A stretch of DNA of 64,000 nucleotides from Monocercomonoides exilis PA203. Taxonomy: Eukaryota; Protista; Preaxostyla. The position numbers and the translations under genes were made by a program. The stretch spans positions 744,001 through 808,000 of the forward strand of contig LSRY02000010.1 in assembly GCA_001643675.2 (NCBI GenBank), written 5' to 3'. Below, one piece after another: positions 36,901-49,299 of the stretch. The notes beneath the pieces are model-generated. The model saw only the letters and a program-made list of their open reading frames with translations. It was not told where the DNA came from and made no database searches. Each line of letters opens with the position of its first letter. Position 1 is the stretch's first letter.

Positions 36901-39900
36901 GTACACAAACATGTACAGCTCCATCAGACCAAAAGCATTGTTCATCTCAGAAGAAATACGCATCGCCTTCCTCAGATTATCTGACGAAACAGTTGCATCG
37001 TCAAACATCGAGTTTGCTTGCACATATGAGACAATGAATATCACTAGAACAAGCATTAGAGCCAAGTACAAAAATGTCAGCGCACATATTATGCGCATGG
37101 ATTTGTTTTGCTTCGAATTTACTGTCTCCGAAAAGTTTCTCCAGGAACTTGTATTTTTCTTTCTTTTTCTGTCTTTTTTATTAAGCAACGTCTTTTTTCT
37201 CCTTTCCGGCTGTTGCGAGCGTGCCCCTCTTTGTTGTATGGCTTGACTCGTCGTTTCTCTGTCAGACAATCCCGAACCTTCAGCTGATTGTACCATTCCC
37301 AAAGCATCAGCCCAGAAATCTGCTCCTTCCTTTCTTTTCATTCCTGTATCTGGCTCTGTCATATCGCTATAACCCAAATTTTGCTTTGTCACGTCACTTT
37401 TCACCGCCCAATTATCGTTCAAAGAGTCTCCTTTCACATTCCCTCTGTCTGTTGTGCCAGATGCATCGTTATTAAACGACTGCATAGACAGAAGCGAGAC
37501 AGTGTCGAATGCTGAGTTCTCAGTCATAGTCGCTTCTTCAATCGAGTCAGCTTCGTGGAGCAGCTCAGTTGCTGCCTCTTCGTCCATAAACACATCCCTC
37601 AGCAGCAGCGCATACTGGCGCATCACATTCGCGTTGTCTGGATAAGCCTCGAGCAAAGTGACAAACACGTGCTGTGCGCTTTCTCTGTTCTGAATGCTCT
37701 CAACAGCATGTCGCATGACCATCTGCACATCCACCACTCTCCGCGCGAGAAGCGTCCACATTCGAATCAAATGCGCTTTAGCCAATTCTGTGTCCTTGTT
37801 CGCTTGCTGCAGCTGGATGTGCATCATGTATGCTCCGCTGACTTTCCCGCTCTCTTCCTCCAATCCTGTTCTTTCTGATAAGTCTTCGTCAATATCCAAA
37901 GACTCCATCGAATTAACTGTCTTCAGCATACCACTTGTTGAGCCACCGAACCCAACGTTGTATCCCATTTTATTTATTGCACCAGCAGAGTAATCTTCTC
38001 CCGTTGTCATTGACAATTCTCCGAGAATGCTCTCCATCTTTTTCATCTTTTGGTAGATTATCCATCTGTTTGTCCAGCCCGGGCAGCACTCACAAGCACG
38101 CTGCAACAAACGGCCGACCTGAACAGAGATTCCCCTCAACATCGAGCGGTGCTTGCGCGCCTTCTTGAACGAGTCCAGAAACAGTGTGTATGACACAATC
38201 AGCTCAGCAGACTGCTCAAATCGCTCTTTGTTCAATGCAGCAATGTAAAGTTCATCAGCAAATGCAAGCAAATTATCGTAAACGGCAAGCTTTCGAATAG
38301 AAGGATTGTAGAGAAATCGTAAAGACATCTCAATCTTCTCAGGCTTGTTGAAGAGTTTGAGTACTTTCTTGATTGTGTGTGCAGAGCTGAGGATTGCCAG
38401 AGGACCAGCAGATTCCGCAGATAGCCCTTCTGTGGACTCAAACCTTTTCTTAACCCCTCTTTCTCCTATCTGAATGAATGGTGATGAACAATTAGTTGGA
38501 GAAACGCTCACCAACGAGGAAACTGAATTTGTGGATGGATTACGAGAATGACTTGAAAGGGAGGCTGACGATTTAATCATTGGATTTGTTGAAGTGAAAG
38601 GGACAACTTGTTGGAGGCCTGAATGGGAAGCAGATGAATTCAGTCCCATAGAAGCTGAAGGAGGAGAAGATGATGTATTTGAATTTGAATATGAATTTGA
38701 ATTTGAAGAAGAAGAAGAAGAAGATTTTGCAAGTGATTGAGTAGGATGTGAAGTGTTGCCTGAACTGCTCGCATTTGCAGATGAAGATGAAACAGGCTGA
38801 ATTGCAGGCGAGGACAAAAAGGGGGATGAAGAAGTGGAATTAGCAGTTGAAGATGTCTGTTGAGATGGCTGTGGGCTTATTTGAACAAATGAAAAAACAG
38901 GAACAGGAAGAGACGAAGAAAGCGTTGATTGCACAGGCGTGGAAGACGAAGACATTTCCACAACAGGCAGAAGATTGTCTGTGGAAGAGCTCGGAGAAGC
39001 TTCAATGCCAGAAGCAGTCGAAGAAGTGTGCCTATGAATAGAAATTTCAATATTCGAAGAACCTGTCGAAGCAGATTGCTGTGAATTTGATGAAAAAGAG
39101 TTTGAAATCTGTTTTGTTCCAACGTGATTGGTCACAAGTGTAGGAAGAAGAGGCAGTTGCGTATTTGACTGTGAAGCAGTCGGAAAAGAAGATGGAAAAA
39201 TTTGACCCAATGAAGATGACCGAGGAAAGCCCGGACTTGCAGAAGGCGATCCAGCAAATCCACAAAATTTTCCTGAAAGATTCGAAGACAGCTGAGACTG
39301 CCTCTCATTTTTGCTCATTGTACCAGAAGAGTATTGGCACACGACATCTTTCCCCAGTTTTAAAATAAATCCGAGTTCTTCTTTCTTTCCGGCAGTTCCA
39401 TTTTTCGTCTCAGAGTAAATTGGCTTGATCAGCCAATTTGTACTCTGTCTTTTGCTCATCAAAACTCCGCACAGAACGCTAAACAATCCGCAGCACAGCA
39501 CAAAAACCACCCAAAACAAAGCGCCAGCTCCAAATGCTCCAATGCTTGCAGAAGCACTCTCAAATACGCCCAGAAAGAACGATGCAACGCCAGCACCCAG
39601 GCTGAAACCCAAGCAACTGCACACGAGAATATTCCCCATTCTTGCATAGAATGGATTGGACACAAAATAAATAATAACTGCAATGAGCAATAATGCAGTG
39701 TGTGAAAAGCTAACAACTAAGCCAGATAACTTTTTCAAAACAACTCCAAGAATACAATCCAATTGCAAAATTACGCTGACCAATGCAGAAGTTCTTCCAT
39801 GTCTGGAAGAAAAGATATTTCCATGTAAGCCATCTGGAAAAAAAACAAACACTCGATAAAGCCAGATGTAGCATATTATCAACGGAATTGCAATCGAGCA

Positions 39901-40630
39901 AAGAATGACAAGCGTTTTTGCAAGAGGGGTGTTTTCACAGAATTCGGAATCAAAGTTCCTTTCGTGAAACAAACATAAGTACGGATGACATAGCTTAGAA
40001 ATAATTGGGGTCATTCCAAATGTTGTCAATATTAATCCAAAAATTTGTTCGATTCTTTGGATGAAGAATGGATACTTTTTCTCGTGCTTCTCCATTGTAC
40101 AACCAAAAATTGACATTACAAGAATTGATATAAAAAATACAATAAAAATCAATACAAAAACAAAAAGGTTCGTTATAGAAGGTGTGTAAAACGAAGGGTC
40201 AAAATACAATCTAATAAAAATAATAAACTCTAATCGTAAATTTTTTTCTGTAAAAGTAAATAAAATACCCAATAACTCTATTTACTTCTCTAATTCCTAA
40301 GTGCAATATATCATTCCGCTTGAGTGGAATAAAAGCTGATTGAAAGGTCATTAGAAGACTTATGAGAACAATTGCAAATTTTTGTAATTGGATCCCTTTC
40401 TATAATGTAAGCATTACAAAAAGCAATTGCAATAATATAAAAATATAAATAATAAACCGATATGTACGTTGTGAAAAAAGAGAACAGTCTGAACAAAATT
40501 ATTATGTCAATAATAAATTCAAGCTATCAAACGCTTTGTCCAATGCATCAAATCTTGCAAATGTAACAGACACATCTGCTGATGACGATGAATTTAATGA
40601 GCCAACAGATTTCGTGTCTATTTCCGCCAT
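33943..40630 (-). CDS. TmcB/TmcC-like multi-pass membrane protein with a C-terminal hemerythrin-like domain
   Basis: ORF 33943-40272 plus short upstream exons (putative ATG 40630). N-terminal cluster of TM helices, a Ser-rich insert, TPR-like helices (LLEAYPDNANVMRQYALLLRDVFMDEEAATELLHEADSIEE), two further TM-helical ectodomain-TM units, then the hemerythrin signature. Confidence 0.8.
34100..34486 (-). other. Hemerythrin-like (bacteriohemerythrin-type) di-iron domain coding segment
   Basis: WKEEMNIGIEQWDTLH...EHCAIEEALME...NQHFVVH...EMDATD matches the W...G...D..H / HxxxE / HxxxH / HxxxxD pattern, with the last His replaced by Glu. Confidence 0.8.
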
Positions 40631-41201
40631 TTGCGTTAAACAAACAGCTCAAAAATTGATCCTTAATCGATCACAAAATAAAAAAATGTGGTTTGACAAA
40701 ATTGAGAAATGAGAAAGGTTTTATCAATAAAAAATGCATTCCTTTTAACTATAAAACAGAAAATTGACAAGGAACTGATTTCTCTGTTTTTATAAGTGCT
40801 TTTTCATTATTGAAAAGGATATTTTTCAGAGAGTTCCGAAAAGGAAAAAAGCAGCAATCAAAAGAAAAAGCAAGACAGAACATAAATGAATGTTCTTCTA
40901 ATTTATTTTCAAACCTCTGGTATGAGCATAGTTAAGGCAATTGCTCAAATGTGAGAAAATGGAATTATCAAAAAATTAATTTTGATTTTTTTTAAAAATT
41001 CAATAACCAAAACGAAAATTCACTCTAAGTCGCAAAAAAGAGCATATAGTGTTTGCTAAAGATGTGTAGAACTTTAATCATTGAAATTGTTTAATAAACA
41101 ATATATCGAAATAACATTATTCTCAATAAAAGATAATGGGAAGATGATGATAAGAATTTAACTTATGGTTTAAATCTTTAGTTTTTAATTTTAAGGGTTA
41201 A

Positions 41202-44200
41202 ATGCTAAGTACCGAAGGCAATAAGATTGATGATCAATCTCCTGGTTCACATGAGAATCGTATGGAAGAACAAGCTTCTTCTTCATGCGACCATGTGCAT
41301 GATAAGCATATTTTAAGTTTCGAAGATAAATCTGAAGCTAAAGTTGAAGTTAAGAGAAAACAAAACACTGAAGAGCAACAAAATTGTTGTTTCAATGTGT
41401 TCTTCTGCTTTTATTTTCAATTTATTTTCAGGTGCCATCCAATTCGAGATGAAGACATTTATGAACCTCATTCTAAAGATAAGACCGAACTCACGACAAA
41501 TAATGGAAAGAATTATTGGATGAAGAGATATGTTAAATATTTAAAGCAAATGGAAGAGTATAATGCAGAAATAATTCGAAGTCCAAGGTATAAATAAAAT
41601 TCTATTATTTCTTTTTGAAGCAGTTGATTGCGATATTTTTCCCAAATTTTAGCTCCAAAATTAAAAAACCTTCAAAGCCGTCTTTGATATTTACAATTTT
41701 ATTTGGAGTTGGCACATTGCAACTTATTCAAGCAATTATTCTGTGGACGATATGGTATCTTTTTTTTTTATCCATAATAATTTAATTTATTTGAAATTAA
41801 TTGCGAACAGTTACATCATGTGCTGCCTTCAGCCATATTTGATGAAATTAATTTTGGAAGTTATTACAAGGAAGATGACGAATCCAAACGAAGAATTTCC
41901 ATATGCGACTGCTATTATTTTGATGGTTTCCAATTTTTTTGCGATTTTGGATTCGTGGGGTAATAGGATACTGTACCACTACTCAGCAAATGTTAGAACG
42001 TGCTTAAACGGAATGATTTTTAACAAAACGCTTTTGCTGAACATTACATCTCAAAACAATGTTGATGCAGGCAGATTGTTATCGCTTTTAGCATCTGATT
42101 GCAGCAACGTTGGAGACATGATTTGGATGCCCTTTATGCTTTTGCTGATTCCTCTGCAGATTATCATGCCATTTGCTTTTGTGTGTGCTGAAATCGGTTG
42201 GGTTGGAATTATCTCCGTCATTGTTGTGCTGCTATTTTTCCCAATTCAAGGGCTAATAACTATGTTTATCGGGAAACATCTGAATAAGTACTTAGCGCAC
42301 AACGATGAAAGGAATCGCGTTACAAACGAGACTTTGCAAGGGATCCGAGTGGTGAAGTTTAGCGGGATGGAGGATGTGTTCATGAGGAAGATTTGCTCAT
42401 CTCGAAATCTGCAGCTGAAAGACATGTTCAACTACACGTTTTTCCAGCAATTTCTTGAGGGTGTTGTTCGTGTGCTGCCTCCACTTGTCAATCTTGCAAC
42501 TTTCGGTACGTACATAGGGGTATACAACTTGAGGCAGGAGGAGTTTACGCTGAAGATAATGCCCACAATTCTCTTCCTGACGCTGCTCACCCGCCAGGCG
42601 AACATGATCCCAACGTTTCTGCAAGGCGTAGCGATGATTTGGATCAGTCAGAAGCGTATACGCGACTTCCTTCTTCTGCCAGAGCTGAAGAAGGAGCCAG
42701 TGGCAGAGCCTAAGGAAAGTGATATTGCGCTTGTGATTGAGAACGGTACGTTCAAATGGGGAGATCCTCCTGATATTCCGATGTCAATGGAGGAGGAACA
42801 AAAACAAATGGAAGCAAACAAAAGGGAAAAGCAAGACCAAGAAAGAGAATTGGCGAAGGACATTGTAGGCAGTGGCAAGATGAGTGCTACAGATGCCGCT
42901 TCATCTTCTGCTTCTGCAAGTAGCTTATCTCCGGAGCCATCGAAAGCAATTTCTGACTCAACTGTTGGCACAGATATCGTTAGTGCAGAATGTGAAGAAT
43001 TGGAAGGCAGTAAACAGATATGCTCTGAAACTAATTCATCATCATCTTCATCTTCAATATCGAACAACTTAACAGACATGTCTTCGATGACTGTTGATGA
43101 GGTTATGCAATCGTCGGAGGATGCTCCACGCGACTCGTCATCTATAAGCTTGTTATCTTTGTCATCTTCTAATTCTTGTTTGCAAGCACCGCCAGCAGCA
43201 GAATCAACATCTCCACAGCCATCTCCGTCTCCTTCTGATTCAACTCCAATTACTCCATCGTTTACGTCTTCTTCGTCGAAGAAGTTTTTGTTGCATTCAA
43301 TTAACTTAAGAGTTGCAAAAGGTTCGCTAACAATGGTGATTGGGAGTGTTGGCTCAGGAAAGTCATCATTGGGATCAGCTTTGATAGGAGACATGGAGAA
43401 GCTGGAAGGGGCAGTCCAACGGGCTGGAAACATTGCATATTGCCCTCAAGTTGCGTGGATCAACAACAACACTGTAAAAGGGAATATCCTTTTTGGAAGT
43501 GCACTGGATGAGGAGAGATATCGGGAAGCTGTTCGCGTATGTAGCTTAGAAACAGATCTGCGAGAGCTGGCGGCTGGAGACCAAACAGCCATTGGAGAGA
43601 AGGGAGTGAACCTGAGTGGTGGACAGAAAGCGCGTATCCAGCTGGCGCGGGCAGTGTATGCAGACAGAGACATCTACATTTTGGACGATCCGCTATCGGC
43701 TGTTGATGCACATGTTGGACGTTTTCTGTTTGACGAGTGCATAGAAGGAGCTCTGAGGGGGAGTGGGAAGACGGTGCTGCTGATCACAAACCAGCTGCAG
43801 TTTTTGGATAAGGCAGACCAAGTTGTTGTGATGAAAAGAGGAACAATTTGTGCACAGGGGAAATATGAGGAATTGAAGGAGCAAGGGATTGATTTTAGCA
43901 GGTTTGTCATCAAAAGGAAGGGTGACATGAAAGACAGGAAAATGAAAGAGAAGAGCAGAAAAGCGGAAGGTGCTGAAGGAATGGAAACAGCCAACAAGAT
44001 TACCGAAAAGAACGATAAGGAATTAATCAAAATTGAGAATGATGGTGATGAAAGAAGAAATAAAGAAAATGGCAGTAATAAGGAAGAAGAGAGCAAAGCA
44101 GGAAGGCAAATAATGACCGAGGAGGAATATGAAACAGAGAAGGTTCCTGTGAGAAGTTATATTTCATATGTTAGATCGCTCTTCCCATGGTGGGGTGTGT

Positions 44201-45963
44201 GCGCATACTTCATACTTGCTCTGATTGCGAACGGAGGAGAGTGCTTCCAGTCGTACTGGCTTGGAGTGATAGGAAGCAGCACGAAGATTGAAGAACTGTC
44301 ATACGGATGGAAGATCGGGGTGTATGGACTGCTCACTGCGTTTGTGTTTATATGCCAGATGCTACGAGGAGTTATGGGATCATTTGGCGTGTGGAGATCA
44401 ATGAAGATAGTGCACGATGGACTCTTGAGGCGTGTGATGCACTGTCCATCGAGTTTCTTTGACACCACTCCTTTGGGAAGAGTATTGAACAGGCTAACGG
44501 GCGATATGACACAAGTGGATCAGGTGCTGTTTGGGCAGATTGTCCGAGTAGTGAACATGGCGAGTGGAGTGGTTGGACAGGTGGTGATTGTGGCTGTGGA
44601 TACTCCAATTTTCCTAGCAATTGGGCTGCCTGTTCTTGTTGTGTACTGCAGCTTTGTGCTTCTGTACTCGCGGGCAGTGCGGAACTTGCAGCGGCTGGAA
44701 GCCATTGCGCGTTCGCCTGTTCTGTCGCTGTTTGGAGAAGTGGTGAATGGAGCTGGCCTACCAACTATCAGAGCATTCGAAGTGGAGGAGAAATGGCGGG
44801 AGCGGTTCTATAAAGTGTGTGACGACTGGTCAATTCGGCGTGTGCTGTTTATGGAAGGGCCAGCACTTATAAACTTCTACATCCAAATGGTGAATGTGCT
44901 GTTTTTCGTAGGAGTTGTAATTCTTGGATGGTACTTTATGGAGCCGGCAAGTTTAGGAGTTTCCATTACAGCTGCTGTGAGCTTCTCCTATTTGGGTTCG
45001 TTTCTTGTGCAGCAGACAGTGGAGCTTGAGACGCGCATGACTTCTTACCAGCGTATCGAGTTTTACTCAACGAAGCTTCCACAGGAGCGAGATAACAACA
45101 GAGAAGGCGAGAAGCGGACACCATCAGAAGAGGCAAAGATACCGCGTAATTGGCCAACTGAAGGGACAGTCACCTTTGATCACGTGACATTCAGACACAG
45201 AGCAGGACTGCCTTATGTCTTGCAGGATGTGTCGTTTTCTGTGCGGAGCGGTGAGAAGATCGGGGTATGTGGGCGGACTGGAGCAGGAAAGTCGTCACTG
45301 TTATTTGCTCTTTTCCGGTTGGTAGAGCTGGATCCAGAGCTGCAGCCGACAATGCTGGATATGGTGACGGGGAAGCCTGTGGAAGCGAGCAGAGAAGAGG
45401 AGCCCAATAAAGGCCGAGTGGTTGTTGATGGTATGGATATCTCGCAAGTGCCTCTGCATCGTCTTCGGCAATCGATGGCAGTGATACCGCAGGATCCGAC
45501 ACTTTTCACAGGAACACTGCGATTCAACTTGGATATGGGCGGGCAGAGAAGCGATGACGAGCTGTGGGAGGTGCTTGAGGCGATTGAGATGAAGGCTGCA
45601 GTGGAGGAGATGCAAGGGCAGTTGGGTGCAATGATTGCTGAAGGTGGAAGCAACCTGAGCTGCGGACAGAGGCAGCTAATCTGCGTCGGGAGGGCGATGC
45701 TGAGTGGATGTCGAATTGTGGTGATGGATGAAGCAACAGCGAATGTGGACGTGGAGACAGATGCAAAAATTCAACATGCAATGGGGAAAATGTTTGCTGA
45801 CCAGACGATTATTGTGATTGCTCACCGGCTGAACACGATTATGCACTGCGACAGGATTGTGGTGCTGGACAGCGGGCGGGTGGCAGAAATTGATACACCT
45901 CAGAATCTCATGGCAAATCCTCAGTCGGCTTTCAACGGCCTCGTTCGGAGCTTGAATGGATAA
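41202..45963 (+). CDS. ABC transporter, subfamily C (MRP-like), TMD-NBD-TMD-NBD
   Basis: NBD1: GSVGSGKS, LSGGQKARI, ILDDPLSAVDAHVG. TMD2: FFDTTPLGRVLNR. NBD2: GRTGAGKS, IPQDP, LSCGQRQL, MDEATANVD, IAHRL. Two short introns (~41589-41652, ~41755-41810) join ORF 41202 to ORF 41743-45963. Confidence 0.95.
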
Positions 45964-46239
45964 ATACAAAAAATTTTCTCCAAAGTTCTTTTAATTTCTT
46001 CTTGCATTTTCTATTTTTTTATCACCATTATGGCCAATTTTGATGACTGCAAAAAGATGAAAGAACAAACAAACAGCAGACTTTTCAAAATGCTCTAAAG
46101 ATCGAATAAATATTTTATATCGGTTTTCTTTCTTTTTTTTCCCAAGAAATAACTGGTTTATATCAACAAGTTTTTATTCTTGTGTTTTTAAATTTGTACG
46201 ATTTTTGCACAACATTTTCGAAAAGATCAAAATACAATA

Positions 46240-46600
46240 TGGGACAAAGGAAATGTTGGGCTTATCAGCAGAGTTGTTCAGTTATTTCGAGCATCAAAGG
46301 ATAATCACAGAGAAATAAGTAAGAAATGCTTTTATACACAAAAAACGCCAACAGAAAATAAAGTTGTGCAAAGTTGTGAGCTGTTGAATGGATGTCCCTT
46401 GTTGTCGTTCTGCAGGAGAATCGTCAACCAACGTTGAATAGGAAAATAAAAAGTGAATGCTCTTAACGTTTTATGAACTTTTCATTTTCCTCCTCTTTTT
46501 TCAATCTTTTTGAAATAGAGGATGAGAAAAGAAAAAAATTGAAAAGAAAAATGTGTGAAAAGATAGATGAAGTAGAATATGAAGATTGAATCATCGGAAT
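46240..46600 (+). pseudogene. Degenerate 3' fragment of the same helical-repeat family as 47425-48848 and 52046-53457
   Basis: Translates to NVGLISRVVQLFRASKDNHREISKKC (cf. NVGLIRSMVRVFRAAKKNNREICFYC) and KMCEKIDEVEYED* (cf. KVVEKMEEEGYEDI), with stops and frameshifts. Confidence 0.7.
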
Positions 46601-47234
46601 GAGTAACTTCGTTGTTGAAAAAATATTTAATTCATTTTTATAAGTTCGAACTTGTGAAGATCATATTGAACATTGATTAATCGGATGCTATTGGAGTTCG
46701 CTTCATTTGAATATGAGCGCAGCATTTGTTTAAATTTTTGGGTGAAAAAATGAGAGAGAAAAAGTGATTTTCTATTTCAAAGTGAAATTTCATTTGACAT
46801 TCGAATTTTCTCAAAAAAATTACAGATGCCAAAAAAGAGAGTTGAATGAAAAGAAACTGCCTTTTATATTTTCGTCATCTTCTTTCTCACTGAAATCTTT
46901 GGAAGATGAATGATCTTCATTGGATTCAATCCTGTATAACTTTTCTCCTTCTTTTGAACTTCAAACTGGAACAGCTCTTTTTCAGTCTTTGCATCATTCA
47001 ATTTCAGATGAAAAATTGAGATGGATGGCTTTTCATAAAAAGAATAGAGAAGAGACCGAGAAGTGACAAATAAAGAAAAGAAATGTTTATTCAGTTTTAT
47101 AAGATTTGAATAAATTGTTTTGGAAATTGAATGGAAGATGCTTTTCCAGAAGAAAAAATATTTTGGCGATACAACACAATTTCTTTTTCTTCCTTTCTTT
47201 TTTCTTAATTGCTTTGTTCGATTTCAAAGAAACG

Positions 47235-47319
<85 letters not shown>
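47235..47319 (+). repeat. 85-bp poly(A) tract with a single CAT interruption
   Basis: Seen directly in the sequence. Confidence 0.95.
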
Positions 47320-47321
<2 letters not shown>

Positions 47322-47424
47322 CTTTGAAAAAACATTCAATTGACTGTTTTAATGTCATTTTGCCAAATGATACAAAAAGAAAAATTGAAAATCTCGTATC
47401 CAAAACCTAATATATTTCATTTCT

Positions 47425-48848
47425 TCAAATATTCACAAAATAATCAGAAATATCTAATGAATCTATATTAAAATTTTTGCAAAGAAAATGCAATACTCCA
47501 TGAAAGCTTACGATGATATCTTCATATCCTTCTTCTTCCATCTTTTCAACCACTTTCTTTTTTGTGATCTTTCTTTCCTCTTTTCCCTTTTCATCATCCT
47601 CTTCATCTTTCAAGCTCGTTGAAATCTCATACATATATTCCATGCTGGTAAGTGCAATTTTGTCAATCAGCATCGATTGTCGAATCTCTTCCAAAACAGC
47701 ATCTACAGCTCCTCCATTCAATAAATCTTCAACTTTCACAACTTTATTTTCTGCGGCTTCTCTGAATGAATAAATGCAGTAAAAACAAATTTCTCTATTA
47801 TTCTTTTTTGCTGCTCGAAATACTCTAACCATGCTTCTGATAAGCCCAACATTTTCTTCATTCCTCAATCGACAAATGTCAAAATAAATCATCAATGCTT
47901 CGACCAATCTTGTCAAAATAAATTCTTCTCTCGCTTCTTCTTTGTTCATTTTCTTTTTTTTCTTCTTCCAATTCACACACTTTGAAAGCTCCTCCAATTC
48001 TCTGGTCGCTTCTCTCGCAAAATGCAGTTCATTCGCAATTATCTCTTTTAAGCTTTTGAAATTGTACAATCGGTCTATTAAAAACTGCCAAGCAGACTGA
48101 TAGGCAAGTCGTGTCAGGTTGCGATGCTCCTGATGATATTGGATAATTTCTTTGATCTCATTCAAAAACAATCCTTGTTCTATTTCCTTTTTTAAAATGA
48201 GAGAAAAATTCAAAACCATAAGCAAATATTCAAAATAAACGAATAAATCACACATTCAAATAATTAATACTGCTCAATGCAAACAAAGCTATCTCCACTT
48301 CTTTTTGAACTTCCTCGCTTTCATCTTTGGCAGATGCAACTTTCAGGAGGCAAGGAATGCAAATTGAAAACAATTCGTCTGAAATAAAGCCGGAGCACAA
48401 CATCATATAGCATTCGCAAAGATCAACCAGAAATTTTTCATCTTTTTCTTTTCTTTTCTTTTCTTCTTTGAAGATCATCTCCTCAAATATTTTGTTCAAT
48501 GAAGAATCTCTAAAGCAACGATTCCAAACATTTTTCAGCACATTGCAATATCCAACATGCTTCAGCAGTAAAATTGCATTTTTCATTGTCATTTTCTTTT
48601 TTCTAATCATTTTATGCATTTTGTTAAACAGCTCTGTCTTGGAAATGGATTTTAATTCTTCTTTTTTCATTTCATCAATTATTTTATTTATTTCTAGGAT
48701 TCTGATTTTCTGTTCAATTTCATCGCAATCTTCAATCCCAGAAAACAATTCTTCAATAAAAAAGTAAAAAAGAAATCCAATCAACGAGAGTTCTGTGAAA
48801 CAACTGATACAAACCTGTGAACTTTTTTGTTCTGTACGTCTCCTTCAT
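47425..48848 (-). CDS. Hypothetical helical (ARM-like) protein of an expanded lineage-specific family, 3 exons, copy 1
   Basis: Short first exon MKETYRTKKFT followed by GT, then ORFs 48248-48784 and 47425-48255. Shares motifs with copy 2: DLCECY, QKEVE, NLTRLAYQSAWQFLI, NELHF, MEEEGYEDII and LDISDYFVN. Confidence 0.8.
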
Positions 48849-49299
48849 ATATATATATTGAAATATTGCACAAGAAAGCATTCCATTTTGATATTCACAT
48901 TGAAAGATCATTTGATTGGATTGAAGAAATTAGAAAAAAACATAAATTCAAAAAGACAATAGAAACAATTGTATTCACACCGTTCTATCTCGTGTTGACA
49001 TTTTCATTTTGCACTTCCAAAGATAAAGAACGCTTTGTTTTTTTTTTTTGTTTGTTGTTATGGAGGTTTTGATCAATTGGGATATTTCGATTTGGAATAT
49101 CCGTTTTCGAAATGAGATTTCAGTGAGTACATTCAACCTGCAGAATAAGAAATAGTATATTCTATGATGGCACGGATTACTGGAAAAATATTGCAAACAA
49201 TGGAATTCTTTCTGATTATTTGATAAATTGGGTGACCAAGGAAATGCAACAATTTTATTTATGGACGAAAAAATTTGCATGTGTGTATTTTTTATTGTT

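Noticed and set aside
47087-47335. Poly-Lys and poly-Phe ORFs
   Set aside because: They are translations of the poly(A) tract.
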